NCBI GenBank assembly: GCA_030704615.1
Contig: CM060732.1
Span: 71,610,001-71,674,000, forward strand
Origin: Takakia lepidozioides
Lineage: Eukaryota > Plantae > Bryophyta
Reading direction: 5' to 3'
Length of the DNA: 64,000 bases
The notes below the pieces were generated by a model. It had not been told where the DNA came from, searched no databases, and saw nothing but the letters and a program-made list of their open reading frames with translations. Positions 53,900 through 64,000 of this stretch are shown here, in pieces. How positions within the stretch are numbered: position 1 is the stretch's first letter; each line of letters opens with the position of its first letter. A program made the translations under genes and the position numbers.

Positions 53900-55757
53900 C
53901 AGCATTGCGGGAGGAGCTCAAGCAAGAGCTTGAGGCAAGAATTGTCAATGAGTGTGCAAACAAGGTGGATGTGGAGGCCAACCTCAAGTTGTAGAAAGAA
54001 TTGGAGGACACTAAAGCTGCCCTACAGCTTGCGAATGAGAACTTAATTGGGGCGGGTCTTGAGCAGGAAAAAATACATGAAGTGCATAAGCAGCAGTTAT
54101 ACCAGATGCAAGTTCAGCATGAAGGCAAGTTGCATGAAGTGAAGTTGCTTCATACGGAATTGGAAGCAATTAATCAAAAAGTGCTCATATAGTGTGCCAC
54201 ACTAACGACTAATCTGGAGATGGTTGCAATGGAGGTCAAGAAGCAAGCTGAGAGATGTATATCGGCGGAGACAGAGGCAATGGAGCAGGGGAAACTCATT
54301 GTTGACATGAAGTATACTCTCTGTCGCAATGAGGATACAATTCAGCAGTTGCACCAGGTCAATGCCCAGAAGGACATGAAACTATTTGAGTTGCAGCAAA
54401 CAATCACAGTATGGGAGAATGTACTTTCTGTGAGTGAAAGGGCCTGGAAAGAAGCCAATAATCTGTCAGCTGCCTATGCAGCTCTGGTTGAGCCTCATGC
54501 GAAGCGCATGGAGAGTTTACAGCAGCAGTTGGAAACATACAGGCTCAAGGAGGAGCAGGATCTCCGTGGTGTTACACAAGACTTGGTGGATAATCATCTT
54601 TTTGCAAGAGTGGTTAACACAAGGACCAGTGGAAGGAAAATCACCAAGGAAGCTGACAAGACGAGATAAATGATCTCAGGCTATGGGTGCAGAACATTGC
54701 CACAACCATTATAGACAATGTCTATAGTCGGATAGCTGAGTTGTAGGAGGATGTGGAAGGGCTTCAGACTCAAGTGGATGACTTGAGCTTCAACATTGGA
54801 AAAATGGCCTTTGTTCCTGAGGAACAGCTCATGGCTACTTACTTGCAGGTACGGACTTTGATTTTTCAATCTTCAGCACAGGAAATGCAGGACTTGCCAA
54901 CATCAGGAGGGACTGTGGCAACAACATCACAGCAGCCACACCAGGTAGACAGTATTGATACCATGGCACTGCAGTAATCACTGTCTGAGGTTTGGGGTGA
55001 TGCTTCTTTTAACCCACCTACTACTCCTGCTGCACTTGAATATAATCGGGCTATGATTTTGCCCTTCAACCAAATTCCCATTGTTATGGATTTGGCTTGG
55101 AAAGAATTCAGTCCTCCAGAGTCTTTGGCACACTATTACCAGATTATGCGCATTTGGTTGCCAGTGATATTTGTATGATGTGAGGATCATGCTTCAACGG
55201 AATCCAAAACTCCGTTCTTGGTTTACTTTTGCTTTGGAGAACTTGGGCCTTGACCACATCTTTCCAAAAGGGCATGAAACCAGAAAATGGCTACACTTTT
55301 CCAAAGTCATTGGCATACCACTCAGCTATACAGATGACGAGCTGCGGGCATATACTAATCTTGCCCGAAAGAGGTTGGCACAAGTCTTACAATATAAGCT
55401 TCCAGACATGGTGGGCATACATTGTATGCCAGTCAAGCTTCCTGAGAAGCCACAGAAGGTCAGTAAACAGCACGGCCAACGGTGGGAAGATGATTCGAAT
55501 ACTACTGGTTCTGTGGAGGGAAATTTTGACATGGCTGAGGATTATGAGATACAAATGGCGGAGAAGAAATGATGGGGATCTCCTATGCTTGAGAAGTTGC
55601 CTCCATATCAGCCAAAGGTAGGGCAGTCAGCTCCATCTAGTCGACAGTCATCCCCACTAGCCAAAGACGTGGCTTGGGCTCACACACAGAGCCCTCCGAG
55701 GGACTCTCACCAGCAAAAGGGTGCTTGTTCGCAAAGGTTTGCTCATCCTAAGCAGTA
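53900..55757 (+). pseudogene. Degenerate extra ORFs (coiled-coil protein and a second unknown ORF) at the 3' end of an LTR element
   Basis: E/Q/K-rich heptad ORFs 54001-54977 and ORF 55171-55572, followed by PPT-like AAAGGGGGAGGGA at 55781 and LTR-like sequence. Confidence 0.5.
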
Positions 55758-55939
55758 AACCGTGAGGTTACGGCTTTTTCAAAGGGGGAGGGATAATATT
55801 AGAGGGTTGTCTGGGACTTAGACAGTTTTACGGGTTCTGTGGGGTACCCTTACTTTTGCGCAGACTTAAGGGTAGTAGACTTAAATAGACACAAGCCTTA
55901 GGGGTGGTAGACAGGCTCACACAGTCAATAGTCATAGGC

Positions 55940-56036
55940 TTACACAGCCTGACATAGCCTGTCACAGTCAGACACAACCTGACACAACCCGACATAGCCA
56001 GTCACAACCTGACACAACCTGGCACAGCCCGTCACA
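55940..56036. repeat. 10-bp tandem repeat (GACACAACCT-like) in presumed LTR
   Basis: gacatagcct gtcacagtca gacacaacct gacacaaccc gacatagcca gtcacaacct... Confidence 0.8.
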
Positions 56037-56536
56037 TTTTTCACAGGGAACTGTCATCACGGGAGGGAACGACTGTGTGGGAACAAAATCTGCAGAGGGA
56101 ACGATCTGTTGATGCTTGATACATGCAAGCTGTAGAGATGTACTGTAGAGCAGAATAGAGACACCATGGCTTCGGCCTGATACATGATAGATATTAATCT
56201 GATTCCTATTTCATACGTCTCACAATGTGTAGAGAGACCTGAGTGAAGCTGTGGAATAAATGCTTAAGTAGATGGAACATGGTAGATTGCAGAAGCAATT
56301 TGATACTTAAACCTAGGCAGTAAGGTAACTTACTAAACATGAATGCAAGAAGGAACCGATATAAGGAAGCACCCCATGATACATTAGCTGTAGGTCATGA
56401 CTGATTGTTCTGAGCGGGAGGGGTACTTGGAGATATCCAACTCTTCTATCTTGGAGTTTCCACCTCGGATAACGAAGGGATGGGTGAGTAAAAGCCGCTC
56501 AACAGAGATCTCCCGTCAATAAAAATCTACCAACAC

Positions 56537-59174
56537 ACACATTCAACCCATCATCAATGAATCAATCTGGGAATTACTTCAAGATTCTGGCTTGCCATAC
56601 TTATCAAGTAAACCACAAGATCTTATATAACATTGCCAATGTTACACAAAGTCTTGTGGTTTACATGGTAAGTTTGATCATGCACTCTTGAAAACCAATT
56701 AATCATTGTGGTTAATCACCTGGGTTATTAATAGTGTTCTGTGTCAGACTGGTCATCTTAAACAGACATAAATGAATGGTCATTACGAGCACGGGAGACC
56801 TCCCGTCAAAGAGAGACGGGATATCTTCCAGGACCGCAACAACGGGAGGTCTCCCTGCATAGTAAAGCCGGGAGATCTCTCATCAATCCACCTCTGCCAG
56901 CAAAACAATTTCAACCCATTATCATTTGAAGCAAGGATAGAGCAGAGACATTCCTGCATGTGCATGGCCATAGTTACAAAGTGATACCCAAGATGTTAGA
57001 TAACATCGCCAGTGAGTTAACTAAAGTCTTGTGTATCACTTTGTAAGAATACAGACGCATTCAGAGAAGTCCTGCAATGAATGTAGCTAATCACGTGGGT
57101 ATCAGTAGTGTTTGTGAAACAGTAGTCTTACGCGAGGTTCATCTCAAATGATTGTTCAAATGAATGGTCAAAAGGATATTCACTGGACTTCTGCCAACTA
57201 ACACTTTCAACCATTCATCATTCTTAGCAGTGACAAATCAGGCTTGTGATGGCCAGACTTACATGAAAGCCACAAAAGATTTTACATTACATCGCCAGTG
57301 TGTAATGTAAAGACTTGTGTCACCCTCTGTAAGTATTTGGCTGCACTCCAAATGTCCCGTCATGAATGTTACTAATCACTTGGGTATCAGTAGCGTGTCG
57401 TGCCAGCCAAGTCCTACTCGAGGTTCATCTTGAAATACTTGAATGGTCAATGGACCGGAAGGGAGAAGGTTTCAATGATCCAAGTCCTACGAACTGGATA
57501 CAGTGAAAGACACAGATGAACCTGGTCAAAGAAGGAAGGGAGGTCTCCCGTCAAAGGAGGTCGAAAAATGGCTTGGAAAATATGGTGACTTCCTACGCAC
57601 ACTTTCAACCCATTATCTGAAGCAATATCAGAGCTCTCACAATCTGGGAATTACTTCAAGTTGTCAGTCTGGCCATACTTATCAAGTTAAAGATCTTATC
57701 CAACATTGCCAGTGTTGCATAAAGTCTTGTGGTTTACAAAGTAAGTATGTTCAGGCACTCTTGAAATCCCCGTAATGAATGTGATTAATCCAAGGGGGGG
57801 GTCACTATATGTATTTTTTTCATATCACATGCGTACAAAGGTATATTTATACTAGGCTATATTTTTAAAATTTTGCATTTTCTTCCACCCTATCTTTAGG
57901 TAATATTGTAAAACCCTTTGTTTTCTAACACCCTATTTTTCTTTATAATTTTCTTTTGCAACAATTAATTAGACCCTATTTTAAATTATCATTTTAAATA
58001 ATTGTAAAATTTCAAAGCATCTACACAAACAAGTACATTCCATATAACATAAGTCAAATGCCGGACCCAAGAAAAAATTTAATTTTCATTAGTCACGAAC
58101 TCATTCAAAACCGCAACATCACTTGGATATAAAGAGTACAAGTCTTGAGATGGTTCAAATGCCATAGTCACTGTTGAGATTATGGTATTAACATCAATCC
58201 ATTGTGTATCACTGGAATCATATTTGAACTTCAGGTGACCTATACCTGATTTCATCCTGATGGATTAAAGCTGGATGCAATATGAGAAACTTCACAAGGA
58301 TGGATACAGTAGATAAAACCCTTTATTACATTAATTTTTAAAGTAAAATTCTGGATTTTTTGTGACCATTTTTTTTAAAAAATTGGGTGAAAGGATATTG
58401 CCTTACCATATTTTATAAGTAAAAAATTTCTAAAATTTACCTCAAAAAAAAATTGCACCCTATATTTGTTCTCACGTGGTTTTGTAAATACGGGGAGTGA
58501 CCCCCCCAAGGGTTAATCACCTGGGTATCACTAGTGTCCAAATTTATCTTAATTTACCGCCGGAGGTCTCCCGCTAAACGGACGACGGGAGATCTCCCGC
58601 CAAAGGATCGACGAAGCCAATACACAATTTCAACCCATCATCGTTTGAAGCAATGACATTTGCTGCAAAAGCAGAGACATACTTCTTGCATGTGCATTGC
58701 CATACTTACAGAGTGATTTGCAAGATCTTAGATAACATCGCCAGTGTGTTACCTAAAGTCTTGTTAAATCACTTTGTAAGAATACGGACGCATTTGGGAA
58801 AGTCCTCGAATAAATGCTTGTAATCATCTGGGTATCAGTATTGATTCGTGTCAGTCTAGTTTTGCGCGATGTTGATCTCAAACAGAGATATGAATTATCA
58901 AATGGAGGACGGGAGGTTATTGTCGGAGGTTCATATTAAGACATAGATAAGAATGATAACTAGAGGACGGGAGGTCTCCCGCCAAACGGACGACGGGAGA
59001 TCTCTCGTCAATGGACTTCTGTCCAGAAACACTTTCAACCCATCATCACTTGAAGCAATGACACAACATTCACAAGCAGAGACATACTTCCCGTATGTGC
59101 ATTGCCATACTTACAAAGTGATCTACAAGATCTTAGGTAACATCGCCAGTGTGTTACCTAAAGTCTTGTGTATC
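56537..59174 (-). ncRNA. Array of six structured-RNA-like units (rod hairpin with double kink-turn base); units 56537-56737, 56904-57113, 57201-57398, 57598-58537 (interrupted), 58622-58843, 59029-59174 (truncated)
   Basis: Conserved + strand blocks TTCAACCCATCATC ... CATACTTAC ... AAGATCTT ... CATCGCCAGTG ... AAAGTCTTG ... GTAAG ... TAATCACCTGGGTATCAGTAGTG; stems differ between units but stay paired. Strand is inferred from the k-turn motifs. Confidence 0.7.
57789..58512. mobile_element. Non-autonomous TTAA-targeting (piggyBac-like) element inserted in array unit 4
   Basis: TTAA at 57785-57788 and 58513-58516; TIRs GGGGGGGTCACT..GTATTT / AAATAC..AGTGACCCCCCC; right end AAGGG-TTAA. Removing it restores GTGATTAATCACCTGGG as in sister units. 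Confidence 0.82.
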
Positions 59175-59595
59175 TTCCGTCAAGGTATTCCCAGCTCTTG
59201 AGGATTTCCATCTCCAAGTCGTCTTCGACAACAGGGACCCTGAATCCCAGCCGAATCGCGAATCCCATCAGATCACTACTCAGACTCATGGCATCAACGG
59301 AGAACCCAAATACCTTCTCCCCTTTCTGGCCGTTCTCGTGGATGAACACAACAAGGGTAACTATGTTATTCCTCACCGAGTCCTCAATTTCAATTCCCAA
59401 CACATCACAACACTGAAGTGTTTTCTTTTCCGCACTGATCTGGTAACGGAAGATGGCTTTCTCTGGGTTCGGGGAGTCCGCAACGTCAATACCCCAGTAG
59501 TCGATACTCATCTTTAGCTCGTAGAAGCCCTGATGCTTTATTGTGAATCCTTCAAGGTGTGGGTATATGAAGGAACCGGCAATGTCAGCGCTCAT
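59158..59595 (-). CDS. Hypothetical protein (~145 aa from MSADIAG), 3' end fused to array unit 6
   Basis: Open ORF 59158-59673 with globular protein-like composition; last codons run into the hairpin. No recognisable motif. Confidence 0.45.
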   Translation of the reverse strand: MSADIAGSFIYPHLEGFTIKHQGFYELKMSIDYWGIDVADSPNPEKAIFRYQISAEKKTLQCCDVLGIEIEDSVRNNIVTLVVFIHENGQKGEKVFGFSVDAMSLSSDLMGFAIRLGFRVPVVEDDLEMEILKSWEYLDGRYTRL

Positions 59596-59996
59596 TACAA
59601 CGATTGATTCCTTTGGAATCTGTGTTCTGGCAGCACAATCAACATAAGAACACCCCGTTAATATAAACACCAAAAAACAACTAACATAACGGTCTTTCAG
59701 AACCGTATCGACGTATGTCTCAATTCAGGGACGGGAGATCTCCCGTGATCAGCAAAGAACAAGACCACCAACATGGATAATTCACATTGTCAATATGACA
59801 AATGCGATACCAGAATAAAAGGACGGGAGATCTCCCGTGATCAACACAGCACATAAACAACAACTTGGAGGGTTCAGAACGATAATAGAAATAATAAGTA
59901 CTTTATAAATAAAAAACGCAGGGGTGCTTCAGGTACACTAGAGATGTACTTGAATACAAAGACGGGAGACCTCCCATGATCAGCTCCACCTACCAT

Positions 59997-60662
59997 CTAT
60001 GGTTTGCTAGAATCTACGTCAAGAAATTGCCCTATGGTCACACCACAATGCATTGGGCTATCTAGCCGGGTCTGATATGCTGTGCGGATCTCTGCTCTCA
60101 GGTTATCCTGCTTAGGATCCCTTCCGGGTGTCGCCGGGAATATTTAGGACTCCAAGAGTCGTTGTCCGAAACCCAATCAGGGAATATCTTCGAGATTTCG
60201 TCGATTTCGACTGAGTTCGACGCCTGTGCACTCAGGGAATGTGATCCGGGAATATCTACAAACTCTACTAAATCTTGTTTCTCAATATACCCTCCTGGTG
60301 TGTACGTGTGCTCTGCAGGGGTGTATACTGGTGAATCTGCTGGAATATACATGTGCTCTGCAGGTGTGTATACTGGTGAATCTGCTGGGATGTACTCGAC
60401 AGGGGTGTATTCCGGTGAATCTGCTGGGATGTACTCGGCAGGGGTGTATTCTGGTGTATTCTGGTGAATCTTCTGGGAAGTACTCAGGAGGGGTATGGTT
60501 TTCTCGGACGTACTCTAGTGGACCGTAGGCAGCTTCTCCTAGGGTATATTCCATTTGGAAAGGAGGAGCGGAATCCGGTATGACTGGAGTATTGTTGACT
60601 GGAGAATTATTGACTGGAGTATTGTTCTTCTTGCATTTCCCTTGTTCAATGTTTGTCCGCAT
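59997..60662 (-). pseudogene. Frameshifted ORF with SPEYTP / YIPADSP tandem peptide repeats
   Basis: ORFs 60282-60662 and 60098-60352 join through a frameshift; 33-39-bp DNA repeats at 60290-60480. Confidence 0.5.
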
Positions 60663-60802
60663 CGAAAAGTGCTTGGATTTCAGACATCAGCGTCTCATCT
60701 TCTAGGTAATGACACCTTGGCCAACGTTTTGGCTGACACCCTAACAGAAATTCAGCGTATGCAGTGCCTGATTCCTGACATATTCTCCTTTTAAAAAAGA
60801 AC

Positions 60803-61200
60803 ATGATAAGGGAGTGAATCAATGTCAGTGACACCTTTCCGTGTGAACCTTTTACCGATGGACAGAACTGACTCTCTCACGCTCTTCGACCCTTCGATGT
60901 AAATCTCAAGGGAGGTCTCCCGTGACATTTCTATCCCGTGAGAATAATCACTGGAGATTAAGCACAGGAGACCTCCCCTGAGAATGTCCACGGGAGACCA
61001 GAGATGATAAGGGAGTGAATCAATGTCAGTAACAACTTTCCGTGTGACCTTTTTTTACCGATGGACAGAACTGACTCTCTCACGCTTTTCGACCCTACGA
61101 TGTAAATCTCGGGGGAGGTCTCCCGTGAGATTTCTATCCCATGAGATTAGTCACTGGAGATTAACCACGGGAGACCTCCCCTGAGAATGTCCACGGGAGA
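60803..61200. repeat. Tandem direct repeat, 2 x ~200 bp (60803-60997, 61004-61200)
   Basis: Both copies begin ATGATAAGGGAGTGAATCAATGTCAGT and end GAGAATGTCCACGGGAGA. Confidence 0.92.
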
Positions 61201-61539
61201 TCTCCCCTGTGAAGCACGGGAGACCATACCAGGAACCAAATATATAGCGAAACCCACAGATTTCATCCATATTTGGAGACTTCATCCATAGTTTAAGTTT
61301 TATTTGGTTTTATTTTGCGATAATATGCATGTAAAAACTGGGAATTTTCGACATAATATTTTATTTCATTTTTTTAGGTTGAAATTTGGTGAAAACTCGC
61401 CAATAAAAAAAAACATCGGCGGATCGGATGCGGACGGATCGGACGGTTCAGATGGCATCGACGTGGTCAGCATACAGGGAGCGCACGTTCGGGTACGTCA
61501 GAGTACAGGAGGCCCCCCGTGCCAGTATTTATTGCTTGT

Positions 61540-62044
61540 ATGCCAGAGCAATCACCAGTAGAAAAAACTGGGAAAGGAGGTTGCATCCAATACTACCAAC
61601 AAAACCATTTCAACGTTAATGGAGTTTTGACTTCGTGGGACCCATTAAACCTCCAGCGAGGTACACACAGAACCAATACATTCTCACAGCCGCTGATTAC
61701 ACTACCAAGTGGGTAGAGGCCAAGGCACTAAGAGACAACACTGCCAGGTCAACAGCCAAATTCTTATATGAGAACATCATCACACGATTTGGTTGCCCAC
61801 TTGAATTCATCAGTGATCAGGGATCACATTTTATGAATGATGCCATAAAATGCTTGACGGAAGAGTTCATGATTGTACATCACAAGAGCACTGCTTACTA
61901 TCCCCAGGGAAATGGCCAAGCCGAATCTACCAACAAGATTTTATGCACTATCTTAACTAAGATAGTGAACGCCAATCGCACAGATTGGGACACCAAAATG
62001 AACACAGCACTATGGGCATTCAGGACATCATACAAGGTGACCAC
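61540..62044 (+). mobile_element. Non-chromovirus Gypsy (Tat/Athila-like) integrase fragment
   Basis: DFVGPIKP, DYTTKWVEAKAL, ISDQGSHF, YYPQGNGQAESTNK, ALWAFRTSYK. Confidence 0.88.
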
Positions 62045-62206
62045 GAACCCTTTGCATCCTCGATGCTCCCACATTTCGCATCCATGTTCATCAAAGCAGT
62101 GTTCAAAATAAGATCTGGTATGATTCCAGCTTCGACAATGTCAGCATGGACCTCTTTGCCCTTTTCTAGGGCTGCCAGGATCACACACACATTGCAAACA
62201 CAACAT
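62045..62206 (-). pseudogene. PPR motif fragment fused to the integrase fragment
   Basis: CVCNVCVILAALEKGKEVHADIVEAGIIPDLILNTALMNMDAKCGSIEDAKG, same family as the 16-21 kb cluster. Confidence 0.85.
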
Positions 62207-62855
62207 GGGTGATGTACTTCCTGTGTCAATGTACAAAGGGGGTGGCGAGGGCGGATGTGTACGAAAAGAAAAAGGGATATGAAAGAAGAGGGGCTGCACT
62301 CATCGGAGTAGATGAGGGAAGGGAAGACGAAGGAGATGGAGGTCGCGTCTGACTTGCAAATCTCGCTAAGTCCTCAACCCCCTCACCGCGACTTACGAAG
62401 CAGAGAGAGTCTCCTTTACTCTATAGAAAATCGACGCGTGTCATTATAGTTAAGAAATAATGCCATATAGGTTACAATTAATAAAAATATCCCTGGGGGG
62501 TCCAACCCGCAGTCGTTAAAACAACTCCAAATTATCATAATATTAAAAATATCTATTTTCCTTTTTTTTGGAAATCGACGTATAAATCGGCGCCAAACCC
62601 GTAGTGGTTTCGGCGACTTCTGATCTTCATCCGCCATGCCACCGTGGCCCCAATATGCCTGCGACGACTGGCAAGTCGTCATTAAGAACCTGGAGTCCAA
62701 GGCGCAGTCGTTTCGGACAGAATTGCAACCGCAAGTCGGGTGTGAAAAGCACCTATTCCTTGTAGTGTCTGGGAGCGTCAAGAATCAGGAGATTGATGAA
62801 GGGACCTCTGGCTGGCTGGGAACCATCTCCCAGTCTACGTCGGCATCGAGCTGCA

Positions 62856-63570
62856 CTAAGGACTCCTGGCTGCTACGAAAGTGCAACTGGTTGTCCTCGC
62901 CCGAGCCTCACCCCTTTCCTGGTCATTGCCCCCATCCTCATCTGGCTCTTCGACCACCACAAAGTAGTGGTGGTGATCCTCTTGTAAGCTGGGCACATGG
63001 TTGCCCAACACCTCTTCCACATGAAGGGCAGCAAGTACGTCTTCTACCTCCTCCTCAGGTGTATCCTCGTCTGGTCTGATCTCCTCGGCGTGCAGGTCTG
63101 GTGTCCCCGGCCTTGAGAAGCATTCTGCCGGCCCCATCTTTCCTGCCATGGCTTCTGGATTCAGAGGCCAGATCCCAGAGGTCTTGAATCCCTTGGCAAT
63201 GCTGGTTGCGGTCAGTCCTTTTTTCAATGCAAGGGAGACCCATTGGGCCAGATCTTCTTTCAACGCTCCTCTTCCTTTATGTGCTATGGTCCAAACATCT
63301 CTATATTTCCTGAAGGCAGTCTTAAAGGGCTTGAACACTACCACATCAAGGGGTTGGAGTGCATGGGAGGCGTGGGAAGGAAGTATAATGACATCAAGTC
63401 CTATTGATCTTGCTTGCTTGACAATGTCTATGGTGACTTGTTGAGTTCTGACCATCCAGAATTAGCAAATGCCTGTTTGTGACGGTAATCTCATTGCCCA
63501 TTGCCTTTGCTGGTCATTCCAGAAAATGTGATATCCACTTGTGAAACAATATTACAGTCATCCATACTGC
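62856..63570 (-). mobile_element. pogo/Tc1-mariner superfamily (DDE_1) transposase fragment
   Basis: RHLLILDG, ILPSHASHALQPLDVVVFKPFK, KGFKTSGIWPLNP. Confidence 0.88.
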
Positions 63571-64000
63571 CACTATGTGATAGATGCAAGTCCTCTACAT
63601 CAGATCCTACCTACTTAGCATGCAAGTTCTACAGAGTTATACACCCCCTTTAAGAGCATCCCCACCCTACACTGAACCCAGCCTGCCAACGGAGTAGGAC
63701 GGTATACAGCTTAGAAGTGGGCTGGAAAACATCCACACCCTTGCAAGCCCCCAAACATTATATCCTGTACTTGAGGCGGGCACTGAATGTCTCTCCGAGC
63801 CCTAAACCGAGCGCAATGTTCAGGGCCCTGAACCCGCCCCTGAAATCAGGTCAACGTGAACATGCCCTTGTCGTGTCAGCAGCTTGACAACGACCACGCC
63901 TCCCCTGCCAATGGAAATGCCAGAGGGGAATGGGGAGCCGAGCTTTGCAGGGGATAGCGTGGGCGATTCAGGGAGGAGGGTGTGTGCGAGTCGAGGCTGC

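Noticed and set aside
56595-59120. U1 snRNA-like ATACTTAC in array units
   Set aside because: No following CTG, U1 stem-loops or Sm site; the motif simply pairs with GTAAG(T/A)AT in the hairpin.
56537-59174. Hammerhead ribozyme (retrozyme) or CRISPR interpretation of the array
   Set aside because: The minus strand has CUGAUA...UGAAA but not the CUGANGA core with stems I/III and an NUH site. Repeats are long and diverged, no cas genes are present, and the context is eukaryotic.

Overview
Eukaryotic land-plant DNA. A bryophyte origin is inferred from the PLS-DYW PPRs and the Tcn1- and Galadriel-type chromoviruses. Most of the window is nested transposons and pseudogenes. Three host genes look intact: a 3-exon LEA gene with an ABRE-rich promoter (9860-10716, -), a 3-exon GH28 polygalacturonase-like gene (26479-29205, +) and an intronless CYP703 (30171-31784, -). 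Pseudogenes include an F-box/kelch gene, a scrambled PPR-DYW cluster and an orphan plastid sigma-factor exon. Transposons include two copies of a MULE-like family, a Gypsy pol ending in a PHD finger, a near-full-length Galadriel-like element (TSD TAGGA), a Tcn1-like element (TSD AGTAG), MITEs, SINEs and a pogo fragment. The most unusual region is 56.5-61.2 kb. It holds an array of six diverged ~200-nt units, each folding into a long rod hairpin with compensatory stem changes, a conserved loop and, read on the minus strand, two stacked kink-turn (box C/D-like) motifs at the base. The units are separated by spacers carrying a CGGGAGATCTCCCG palindrome and lie directly downstream of two unknown minus-strand ORFs. 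This is a candidate transposon-borne structured-RNA array. All calls are by-eye pattern recognition; no database search or folding program was run.
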